From the NCBI GenBank assembly GCA_963782905.1, contig CAWALI010000006.1:33268-97267 (forward strand): 64,000 nucleotides of DNA, given 5' to 3'. Origin of the DNA: an uncultured Actinomycetota bacterium (GTDB lineage: Bacteria; Actinomycetota; Actinomycetes; Propionibacteriales; Nocardioidaceae). Both the position numbers and the translations under genes were made by a program. This document shows positions 8,971-18,901 of the stretch, one piece after another. The notes beneath the pieces are model-generated. The model saw only the letters and a program-made list of their open reading frames with translations, was not told where the DNA came from and did no database searches. Numbering within the stretch: position 1 is the stretch's first letter; each line of letters begins with the position of its first letter.

Positions 8971-9909
8971 TCAGAGCTGACTGGCGGAGAACGTGTCGCA
9001 GGCCTCGAGCGTGCCCTGCTCGTAACCGGTGGTGAACCAGCGCACGCGCTGCTCCGACGAGCCGTGGGTCCAGCCCTCGGGGTCGACCCGCTGGCCCGAC
9101 TTCTGCTGGATGCGGTCGTCGCCGACCGTCTTGGCCGAGTCGATGGCCTCGTCGATGTCGCCCTGGTCGAGGTCGGCGAGGATCCCGTCGCCGTCACTGG
9201 CGTCGCGGGTCCACATCCCGGCGTAGCAGTCGGCCTGGAGCTCGAGGCGCACCGCGTCGGACTCGGGACCCTGCTGGGTGCGGACCCTGCCCATGGTGCC
9301 GAGCATGTTCTGGATGTGGTGGCCGTACTCGTGGCCCAGGACGTAGGGCTCGACGAAGTCGCCGCCCTGGCCGCCGAGCTGGCCCTCCAGCACGTCGGAG
9401 AAGAAGGTGGTGTCGAGGTAGACCTGCTGGTCGGTGGGGCAGTAGAACGGGCCGACCTGCGAGGTGGCCTGGCCGCAGCCGGTGTTCACGCCGCCGCTGA
9501 AGGTGACGATCTGGGCCGGGGTGAAGTCGGCGCCGCCCTGCTCGGGGAGGGTCGTGGCCCAGTACTGCTCGAGGGAGTACGCCACGGCCTTGCGGGCACA
9601 GTCGACGTCCTTGTTGGCGTCGGCGCCGGTCTTGCAGTTCGCGTAGCGGTCGCTGTCCTGGTCGAGGCCGGAGGGGTTGCCGCCCTGCCCGGACGGGTCG
9701 ATACCGGTGCCGGTGCCGCCCCCACCGCCGACGCACTGGGTCAGCACGAGGAACAGGATGATCACCAGCACGCCGCCGATGCCGCCGCCGGCCCTGGTGC
9801 CGCCCGGCATCGGGATCCGCATGCCGCCCCCGCCGCCGCCGCCCCCTCCGCCGCGGCCGGCATCGCCGACGCGACCCCTGCTGATGTCAGCCTTCGGGTT
9901 GAACCGCAT
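8971..9909 (-). CDS. YpfJ-family neutral zinc metallopeptidase with Gly-rich N-terminus and a TM anchor
   Basis: HEYGHH zinc motif, poly-Gly tract and one TM helix near the N-terminus; length about 312 aa. Confidence 0.7.
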   Translation of the reverse strand: MRFNPKADISRGRVGDAGRGGGGGGGGGGMRIPMPGGTRAGGGIGGVLVIILFLVLTQCVGGGGGTGTGIDPSGQGGNPSGLDQDSDRYANCKTGADANKDVDCARKAVAYSLEQYWATTLPEQGGADFTPAQIVTFSGGVNTGCGQATSQVGPFYCPTDQQVYLDTTFFSDVLEGQLGGQGGDFVEPYVLGHEYGHHIQNMLGTMGRVRTQQGPESDAVRLELQADCYAGMWTRDASDGDGILADLDQGDIDEAIDSAKTVGDDRIQQKSGQRVDPEGWTHGSSEQRVRWFTTGYEQGTLEACDTFSASQL

Positions 9910-10025
9910 GAGGAGCGCCTTTCGACGGAGCAGGGGGACCGGGGGGCAGGCTATCCCGCGGTGGCCCGATCGCGGGTCCGCGCCGATTCCTAGGGGTGGG
10001 CCCGGCCTCCGTACACTGGGGGGCG

Positions 10026-11624
<1,599 letters not shown>

Positions 11625-11645
11625 CCCGGAGCCGCGCCGACTTGC

Positions 11646-11663
11646 CTTCATGTGGACATGAAG
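11646..11663. promoter_or_regulatory. Palindrome CTTCATGTggACATGAAG in a relatively AT-rich leader upstream of the ABC exporter; candidate operator
   Basis: Perfect 8-bp arms located 50 bp upstream of the 11713 start codon. Confidence 0.3.
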
Positions 11664-11712
11664 TCCTAGCCTCCCGACCGGGACGTTGCGTTTCAGGACC
11701 TGAGGAGGTCAC

Positions 11713-13602
11713 ATGTCGATGATGGGTGGTGCCGGTCGCGGAGCTGTCTTCCGCCACATGCGCACGGACCGGTCCGAGGTGCCGCGCGGCGTGAGCCGCG
11801 AGACCGTACGCCGCGTCCTGTCGTTCGCACGCCCGCACCGGCGGCTGATCGCGATGTTCCTGCTGCTGACCGTCGTCGACGCGTGCCTCGTGGTGGTCAA
11901 CCCGCTGCTCGTGCAGCGCCTGATCGACGACGGCATCACGGGCGACAACGGGACCCTGGTCACCCTGCTGGCGCTGGCCATGGCCGGGGTCGCGGTGCTG
12001 AGCGCGGGCCTGGCGGTGGTGGGCGGCTGGTTCTCCTCGCGGATCGGCGAGGGCCTCATCTTCGACCTGCGCACCCAGGTCTTCGGCCACGTGCAGCGCC
12101 AGAGCCTGGCGTTCTTCACGCGCACCCAGACCGGCGCGCTGGTGTCCCGGCTCAACAACGACGTGATCGGCGCCCAGCGCGCCTTCACCTCCACCCTGTC
12201 GAGCACCGTCTCCAACTCGATCTCGGTGGTCGTGGTCGGCATCGCCATGCTCGCCCTGAGCTGGCAGGTCACCCTGCTGTGCCTGCTGCTCTTCCCGATC
12301 CTGCTGATCACCTCGCGGGTGGTGGGCACCAAGCTGGCCGGGCTCACCCGCGACCAGATGGACGGCAACGCCGACCTGGGCAACGCCATGACCGAGCGCT
12401 TCAACGTCGGCGGGGCCATGCTCCTCAAGCTCTTCGGACGCCGCGGCGAGGAGGACGTCGTCTTCGCCGAGAAGGCCGGCGTCGTCCGCGACCTGGGCGT
12501 GCGGATCTCGCTGATCACCCGCATCTTCGGCGCCGCGATGATGCTCGTCCCGGCGCTGGCCACCGCGTTGGTCTACGGCGTGGGCGGCCACCTGGCGCTG
12601 CGCGACGCCCTCACCATCGGCACCCTCTTCGCCCTGGCCACCCTGCTGCTGCGACTGCTCGGACCGCTCCAGGGACTGTCCAACGTGCGCATCGACGTGA
12701 TGACGGCCCTGGTCAGCTTCGAGCGTGTCTTCGAGGTCCTCGACCTCCCGTCGCTGGTCGCCGAGAAGCCCGACGCGATCGTGCTGCCGCGCACCGCCTC
12801 GCGCCTCGAGTTCGACGACGTGTCCTTCACCTACCCGAGCGCCGACGAGGTCTCGCTGGCGTCGCTGGAGAAGGTCGCCCGGCCCGAGTCCCGCGACAGC
12901 GGGGAGGTCCTCAGCGGCGTCTCCTTCACCGCCGAGCCCGGCCGGATGGTGGCGCTGGTCGGCCCGTCGGGTGCCGGCAAGACGACGGTCACCCACCTCG
13001 TCGCCCGCCTGTACGACGCCACGGCCGGCACCGTGCGTGTCGGGGGCCGCGACGTCCGCGACGTCACCCTGGAGTCGTTGGAGGACGCGGTCGGCTACGT
13101 CACCCAGGACGCCCACATGTTCCACGACACGATCCGCGCGAACCTCGTCTACGCCCGCCCGGGCGCCGGCGACGAGGAGATCTGGGCGGCCCTCGAGGCG
13201 GCCCAGGTGGGCACCCTGGTGCGCGGCCTGCCCGACGGTCTCGACACCGTCGTCGGCGACCGCGGCTACCGACTCTCCGGCGGGGAGCGCCAGCGGCTGG
13301 CCATCGCGCGGCTGCTGCTCAAGTCGCCGTCCATCGTGGTGCTCGACGAGGCCACCGCCCACCTCGACAGCGAGTCGGAGGCCGCCGTCCAGCGCGCCCT
13401 CGACGCGGCCCTGGAGGAGCGCACCTCGCTGGTCATCGCCCACCGGCTCTCCACGGTGCGCAACGCCGACCAGATCCTGGTGATGGAGGGCGGCCGGGTC
13501 GTGCAGACCGGCACCCACGCCTCGCTGCTCGTGGAGGGCGGCCTGTACGCCGACCTCTACGCCACGCAGTTCCGCGAGGACGCGGCCCCGGTCGAGGCCT
13601 GA
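11713..13602 (+). CDS. ABC exporter, fused permease-ATPase (MdlB/MsbA type)
   Basis: N-terminal 6-TM domain followed by an ABC domain with GPSGAGKTT, LSGGERQRLAIAR and IVVLDEATAHLD. Confidence 0.85.
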   Translation: MSMMGGAGRGAVFRHMRTDRSEVPRGVSRETVRRVLSFARPHRRLIAMFLLLTVVDACLVVVNPLLVQRLIDDGITGDNGTLVTLLALAMAGVAVLSAGLAVVGGWFSSRIGEGLIFDLRTQVFGHVQRQSLAFFTRTQTGALVSRLNNDVIGAQRAFTSTLSSTVSNSISVVVVGIAMLALSWQVTLLCLLLFPILLITSRVVGTKLAGLTRDQMDGNADLGNAMTERFNVGGAMLLKLFGRRGEEDVVFAEKAGVVRDLGVRISLITRIFGAAMMLVPALATALVYGVGGHLALRDALTIGTLFALATLLLRLLGPLQGLSNVRIDVMTALVSFERVFEVLDLPSLVAEKPDAIVLPRTASRLEFDDVSFTYPSADEVSLASLEKVARPESRDSGEVLSGVSFTAEPGRMVALVGPSGAGKTTVTHLVARLYDATAGTVRVGGRDVRDVTLESLEDAVGYVTQDAHMFHDTIRANLVYARPGAGDEEIWAALEAAQVGTLVRGLPDGLDTVVGDRGYRLSGGERQRLAIARLLLKSPSIVVLDEATAHLDSESEAAVQRALDAALEERTSLVIAHRLSTVRNADQILVMEGGRVVQTGTHASLLVEGGLYADLYATQFREDAAPVEA

Positions 13603-13622
13603 CCTGCCTCTAGGGTCGGGCC

Positions 13623-14378
13623 ATGGACCTGTCGCTCACCGATCGTGTCTACGTCGTCACCGGGGGAGCGCGCGGACTCGGCCGCGCCACCGCCGACTGC
13701 CTCGTCGCCGAGGGGGCGCGGGTCGTCCTCTCGGGCCGCTCGGCGGAGTCCCTGGACGTCGCGGCCGCCGACCTCGGCGACGCCGCGACCACGATCGAGG
13801 CCGACAACGCCGACCCGGGCACCCCGGCCCGCCTGATCGCCGCCGCCCACGAGCGTTGGGGACGCCTCGACGGCGCCCTCATCTCCGTCGGCGGGCCACC
13901 CCAGGGGGCGGTCACCGCCATGACCGACGAGCAGTGGACCACGGCCTTCGGCTCGGTCTTCCTCGGCGCCGTCCGGCTCGCCCGCGAGATCGGGTCGGCC
14001 CTGGCCGACGGTGGTGCGCTGGCCCTGGTGCTCAGCTCCAGCGTCCGTGCGCCACTGGCCGACATGGCCATCTCCAACGGCCTGCGGCCCGGGCTGGCCA
14101 TGGTCGCCAAGACGCTGGCCGACGAGCTCGGACCCCGCGGCATCCGGGTCAACGGCCTGCTGCCCGGCCGGGTCGCCACGGAGCGGGTGGCCGAGCTCGA
14201 TGCGCTGTCCGGGGATGCGGAGCGGGCGCGGGCGGCCGCCGTGGCCACCATCCCGCTGCGGCGTTACGGCGAGCCGGAGGAGTTCGGCCGGGCGGCGGCC
14301 TTCCTGCTGTCGCCCGCCGCGTCGTTCGTCAACGGCGTCATGCTGCCGGTCGACGGCGGGATGCTGCGGGCGCTCTGA
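13623..14378 (+). CDS. SDR-family oxidoreductase
   Basis: TGGARGLGRA Rossmann motif; about 251 aa. Confidence 0.8.
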   Translation: MDLSLTDRVYVVTGGARGLGRATADCLVAEGARVVLSGRSAESLDVAAADLGDAATTIEADNADPGTPARLIAAAHERWGRLDGALISVGGPPQGAVTAMTDEQWTTAFGSVFLGAVRLAREIGSALADGGALALVLSSSVRAPLADMAISNGLRPGLAMVAKTLADELGPRGIRVNGLLPGRVATERVAELDALSGDAERARAAAVATIPLRRYGEPEEFGRAAAFLLSPAASFVNGVMLPVDGGMLRAL

Positions 14379-15166
14379 GGATCCGCGTCCCGGTCCTTCC
14401 CCCCGGACGCCGGATGCCGGCGCGAGCCGCGCACCGGACCGCGGCCGCCGCGCGACTCGTCGTACACGAGGTAGGCGAAGCCGAAGAGGGCGAGCAGTCC
14501 GAAGAACCACCACTGCAGGCCGTAGAAGAAGTGCGGCCCGTTGTCGAGCTCCGGCAGCTCGGCGCCCGCGAGCGGCTGGTCGGCCTCGGGCGACTCCGAG
14601 CGCACGTCCACGAAGCCGGTCAGCACGTCCTGGTCGATCGCCGGGCCGATCTCTGCGCTGCTGATCGAGCGCGTCGACCGGTCGGTGACCTGGGTGCTGT
14701 CGCCGGTGGCGTCGAGGCGGACCCAGCCCTCCACCTCCACCTCGCCGGCGGGGGGAGGGGGGACGTCCTCGGGGGTGGTGCCCCGGTTGTCGGTGGCGAA
14801 CCAGCCGCGGTCGACGAGCAGACTGGTGCCGTCGGCCATCACCAGCGGCACGACCACGTCGACGCCCGAGGCGCCGTCGCGGGTGCGGTAGCGGACGACG
14901 ACGCTGGAGTCTGCGTCGTACGTGCCGGTCGCGGTGACCCGCGTCCACTCCTCGGCGGAGGTGAGCGGGCGGTCGACGCCCATCACGTCGGTGACGGGCA
15001 CCGGGTCCTGGGTCTCGTTGCGCTGGATGACGGCGTTGCGGTCCTTGCGGTCGTCCAGGCGGTGGAACTGCCACTCGCCGAGGCGCCAGGCCACCCACGC
15101 GAGCGCGAGGACGGTGAGCAGGAAGAGCACCCAGCGTCTGCTGAGCAGGAAGCGGAACCGACGCAC
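14264..15166 (-). CDS. SURF1-family protein (cytochrome oxidase assembly); low-complexity C-terminal tail overlaps the convergent SDR gene by 115 bp
   Basis: N- and C-terminal TM helices; sequences VVRYRTRDGASGVDVVVPL, LVDRGWF and GPHFFYGLQWWFFGLLA. Confidence 0.65.
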   Translation of the reverse strand: MRRFRFLLSRRWVLFLLTVLALAWVAWRLGEWQFHRLDDRKDRNAVIQRNETQDPVPVTDVMGVDRPLTSAEEWTRVTATGTYDADSSVVVRYRTRDGASGVDVVVPLVMADGTSLLVDRGWFATDNRGTTPEDVPPPPAGEVEVEGWVRLDATGDSTQVTDRSTRSISSAEIGPAIDQDVLTGFVDVRSESPEADQPLAGAELPELDNGPHFFYGLQWWFFGLLALFGFAYLVYDESRGGRGPVRGSRRHPASGGKDRDADPQSARSIPPSTGSMTPLTNDAAGDSRKAAARPNSSGSP

Positions 15167-15277
15167 GGCTCGAGGCTATCCGGCGCTCCCGCACCCGGGG
15201 CCGCCGCGTCCGCCCGAAAGGCGGTACCCGCGCCCGCGCACGGGGCCCCGGGACCGCCCACCACCTAGACTGATCAG

Positions 15278-16279
15278 GTGACGACCCGGATGCTGCCCCT
15301 CGCGGACGCCTACGGTCGTGTCGCGACCGACCTGCGCGTCTCCCTGACCGACCGCTGCAACCTGCGGTGCTCCTACTGCATGCCTGCCGAGGGGCTGGAC
15401 TGGCTGCCCGACGACCAGACGCTCACCGACGACGAGGTCGTGCGGCTGATCACCATCGGCGTACGCCGCCTCGGCGTGCAGGAGGTGCGCTTCACCGGCG
15501 GCGAGCCGCTCGTGCGCCGCGGCCTGGTCGACATCGTCCGGCGCACCCACGACCTCGGCGACGTCGAGACGTCGCTGACCACCAACGCCCTGGGCCTGCA
15601 GCGCAACGCCCAGGCGCTGCGCGACGCCGGCCTCGACCGGATCAACGTGAGCCTCGACAGCGTGCGCCGCGAGACGTTCCACGAGGTCACCCGCCGCGAC
15701 CGGCTCGACGACGTGATCGCGGGTCTCGAGGCGGCTCGGGCGGCCGGGCTGTCGCCCCTCAAGCTCAACGCCGTGCTGCTGCGCGGGCTCAACGACGACC
15801 AGGCGCCCGAGCTGCTGCGCTGGGCCGTCGAGCGGGGATACGACCTGCGCTTCATCGAGCAGATGCCGTTGGACGCCCAGCACGGCTGGAGCCGTGCGGA
15901 GATGATCACGGCCGACGAGATCTTCGACGCCCTGAGCGCCGAGTTCGACCTGACCCCGCACGGCGCACCGCGGGGGAGTGCTCCGGCGGAGCTGTTCGAC
16001 GTCGACGGCGGACCCGCCACGGTCGGCATCATCGCCTCGGTCACCCGACCGTTCTGCGGCGACTGCGACCGGGTCCGGCTGACCGCCGACGGCCAGGTGC
16101 GCAACTGTCTCTTCGCCCGCGACGAGTCCGACCTGCGTACGGCGATGCGCGCGGGCGCCTCGGACGAGGAGCTCGCCCAGCGCTGGGTGACCGCGATGGC
16201 CGGCAAGCTCCCGGGACACGGCATCAACGACCCGTCGTTCCTGCAGCCGGACCGACCGATGTCCGCGATCGGCGGCTAG
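15278..16279 (+). CDS. moaA: GTP 3',8-cyclase MoaA (radical SAM)
   Basis: CNLRCSYCMP radical-SAM motif and a C-terminal CGDCDRVRLTADG cluster. Confidence 0.9.
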   Translation: MTTRMLPLADAYGRVATDLRVSLTDRCNLRCSYCMPAEGLDWLPDDQTLTDDEVVRLITIGVRRLGVQEVRFTGGEPLVRRGLVDIVRRTHDLGDVETSLTTNALGLQRNAQALRDAGLDRINVSLDSVRRETFHEVTRRDRLDDVIAGLEAARAAGLSPLKLNAVLLRGLNDDQAPELLRWAVERGYDLRFIEQMPLDAQHGWSRAEMITADEIFDALSAEFDLTPHGAPRGSAPAELFDVDGGPATVGIIASVTRPFCGDCDRVRLTADGQVRNCLFARDESDLRTAMRAGASDEELAQRWVTAMAGKLPGHGINDPSFLQPDRPMSAIGG

Positions 16280-16337
16280 CGCGGACGCGCCGGCGGCCGC
16301 TGACGGTGCTCGACCATGGAGTCGGGGCCGGGCGCCG

Positions 16338-16538
16338 TCAGGCAGGGTGGGCGACGACGTCCTTGAGGAAGCCGCGTGCCCCGAGGAAGTCGCTCAGCGT
16401 GCTGCGGTGCTGGTCGCACGCCAGCCACGTCTTGCGACGCTCCGGCGTGTGGATCTTGGGGTTGTTCCACAGCAGCGCCCAGGTGGCGGGAGCGGTGCAG
16501 CCCTTGGCGGAGCAGGTGTCGGGGAGCTCGTCGCTCAA
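16338..16538 (-). CDS. Small conserved hypothetical Cys/His protein (66 aa), possible zinc ribbon
   Basis: CSAKGC...LACDQH spacing; intact ORF with a leader upstream. Confidence 0.4.
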   Translation of the reverse strand: MSDELPDTCSAKGCTAPATWALLWNNPKIHTPERRKTWLACDQHRSTLSDFLGARGFLKDVVAHPA

Positions 16539-16712
16539 CCTCGACCACCCTCTCGCACGCCACGGCCGCCGGTGGACGGGCCACCGGTAGATGGAGGCGG
16601 TGCCGGACAGCCACGGGGGAAGCCGTCCGGCACCGCTGGTGCCACCTCAGACGGGGGATGCTGGGTGGCGAAGTTGATTCTTGCACGACGCATCGGCAAA
16701 ACCAACAACCGG

Positions 16713-17015
16713 TTACCGGCGAGTGGCGGACGGCGGGAGCTCGCGCGTGGACTCCGATCCACGGAGCTCGAAGCTGTCGTCCTTGCGCGACTCGGGGTTG
16801 GCCATCACGACCGCGACGTACGGCAGCAGCACGGCTCCGGCGACCAGCACCCACCGCAGCCAGCCGGACCCGACGGCGACCGCGCCGACGAAGCACAGGG
16901 TGCGGATCGTCATGGAGATCACGTAGCGGCGCTGACGGGCCGCGATGTCCGCGTGGTGGCTCGTCGCCGCAGTCGTGATGCGCACGGGAACGCTCTGATC
17001 GTCACGGCGGGCCAT
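16713..17015 (-). CDS. DUF3099-like small membrane protein
   Basis: Two TM helices and the motif QRRYVISMTIRTLCFVGAV. Confidence 0.5.
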   Translation of the reverse strand: MARRDDQSVPVRITTAATSHHADIAARQRRYVISMTIRTLCFVGAVAVGSGWLRWVLVAGAVLLPYVAVVMANPESRKDDSFELRGSESTRELPPSATRR

Positions 17016-17113
17016 ATCTTTGATGGTACGTCGGAGCCCCAACGCGGAGCCGGTGCTCGCTAGGCTCCGGAGCACCGCGCACCCTGCCCAGCACCAGCCC
17101 ACCAGGAGGACCC

Positions 17114-17326
17114 GTGTCCAATCGCACCTACCGCGTCACCGAGATCGTCGGCACCTCGCCCGAGGGCGTCGACCAGGCGATCCGCAACGGCATCGAGCGG
17201 GCCGGCAAGACCCTGCGCCACATCGACTGGTTCGAGGTGACCCAGATCCGCGGCCAGGCCAAGGACGGCCAGGTCGAGCACGTCCAGGTCGGCATGAAGG
17301 TCGGCTTCCGGCTCGAGGACGAGTGA
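17114..17326 (+). CDS. Dodecin (flavin-binding)
   Basis: 70 aa; MSNRTYRVTEIVGTSPEGVDQAIRNGIERA... Confidence 0.8.
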   Translation: MSNRTYRVTEIVGTSPEGVDQAIRNGIERAGKTLRHIDWFEVTQIRGQAKDGQVEHVQVGMKVGFRLEDE

Positions 17327-17377
17327 AGCGGCGAGGTCTTTTCGCATACCGCGGGGTAATCACTAGCGTCGAGCAGC

Positions 17378-18103
17378 ATGAGTGACGACACCCGCCCCGC
17401 GTCCCGATCCGTCCTGGTGACGGGCGGCAACCGTGGCATCGGCCGCGCCATCGCCGAGGCCTTCCTCGCCCAGGGCGACAAGGTCGCCGTGACCACCCGC
17501 AGCGGCGGAGCCCCCGACGGGGCGCTGGACGTCCGCTGCGACATCACCGACCCCGACGCCGTCGAGGCGGCGTTCACGACCGTCGAGGAGGCCCACGGGC
17601 CCGTGGAGGTGCTGGTCGCCAACGCCGGGATCACCGCCGACACGCTCGTGCTCCGCATGTCGGAGGAGCAGTGGTCGAGCGTCATCGACACCAACCTCAC
17701 CGGCTCCTTCCGGCTGGCCAAGCGCGCCGCCAAGGGCATGCTGCGGCAGCGTCGCGGACGCATCATCTTCATCTCCTCGGTGGTCGGACTGCTGGGCTCG
17801 GCCGGCCAGGTCAACTACGCCGCCTCCAAGGCGGGCCTGGTGGGCATGGCCCGCTCGCTGGCCCGGGAGCTGGGGTCGCGCTCGATCACCGCCAACGTGG
17901 TGTCGCCCGGCTTCGTGGAGACCGACATGACCGACGTGCTCACCGACGAGCAGAAGCAGATGATCAAGGCGCAGGTCCCGCTGGGGCGCTACGCCGCCAC
18001 GGCCGAGGTCGCCTCGGCCGTGACCTGGTTGGCGTCGGACGGCGCCGCCTACGTGACTGGAGCCGTCATTCCTGTTGACGGCGGACTCGGAATGGGGCAC
18101 TGA
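17378..18103 (+). CDS. fabG: 3-oxoacyl-ACP reductase (FabG/MabA-like)
   Basis: TGGNRGIGRAIA plus the catalytic NYAASKAG motif. Confidence 0.85.
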   Translation: MSDDTRPASRSVLVTGGNRGIGRAIAEAFLAQGDKVAVTTRSGGAPDGALDVRCDITDPDAVEAAFTTVEEAHGPVEVLVANAGITADTLVLRMSEEQWSSVIDTNLTGSFRLAKRAAKGMLRQRRGRIIFISSVVGLLGSAGQVNYAASKAGLVGMARSLARELGSRSITANVVSPGFVETDMTDVLTDEQKQMIKAQVPLGRYAATAEVASAVTWLASDGAAYVTGAVIPVDGGLGMGH

Positions 18104-18105
18104 CA

Positions 18106-18875
18106 TGGGACTTCTCGACGGCAAGCGGATCCTGGTGGCCGGAGTGACGATGGACTCCTCCATCGGCTTCGCCACCGCCAAGGTGGCGCAGGAGCAGGGC
18201 GCCACGGTGCTGATCTCCAACTTCGGGCGGGCGCTGGGCATCACCAAGCGCATCGCCAAGCGGCTCCCGGTCGAGCCGCCGGTGCTCGAGCTCGACGTGA
18301 CCGACGAGGAGCACCTCGCCGGGCTCGCCGACCAGGTGCGGGAGCACGTGGACGGCCTCGACGGCGTCGTGCACTCGATCGCCTACGGCAACCCGGAGAC
18401 CCTGCTGGGTGGCAAGTTCATGGAGGGCCCGTGGGAGGACGTCGCGCAGGCCGTGCAGGTCTCGGCGTACTCGCTCAAGTCCCTCGCGGTGGCCACCCGC
18501 CCGCTGATGTCGCGCGGCGGCTCCATCGTGGGCCTGACGTTCGACGCGACGTCGGCCTGGCCGGCGTACGACTGGATGGGCGTCGCCAAGGCGGCGCTGG
18601 AGAACACGTCGCGGTACGTCGCGCGCGACCTCGGTCCCGAGGGCATCCGCTGCAACCTCGTCTCGGCGGGGCCGCTCAAGACGCTCGCGGCCAAGGCGAT
18701 CCCCGGCTTCGAGGCCCTCGAGTCGTCGTGGAAGGACCGCGCCCCGCTCGGGTGGGACGAGACCGACCAGGTCCCGACCGCGCAGGCCGTGTGCGCGCTG
18801 CTGAGCGACTTCTTCCCCGCGACGACCGGCGAGATCGTGCACGTCGACGGCGGCTTCCACGCGATGGGGCTGTGA
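18106..18875 (+). CDS. fabI: Enoyl-ACP reductase (FabI/InhA-like)
   Basis: MGLLDGKRILVAGV...SIAYG...WMGVAKAALE...; adjacent to fabG as in the mabA-inhA arrangement. Confidence 0.85.
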
Positions 18876-18901
18876 CCCGCGCCGGTCGGTAGCGTGCGCG
18901 C

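Noticed and set aside
13623-14378. 115-bp overlap between the convergent SDR and SURF1 genes as a sign of a mis-called gene
   Set aside because: Both proteins have full-length conserved cores. The overlap involves only a low-complexity SURF1 C-terminal tail and is plausible for convergent genes in a compact genome.
15167-15277. Possible Moco riboswitch in the moaA leader
   Set aside because: The leader is only about 110 nt. It lacks the characteristic long multi-stem Moco RNA architecture, and no conserved motif could be recognised by eye.
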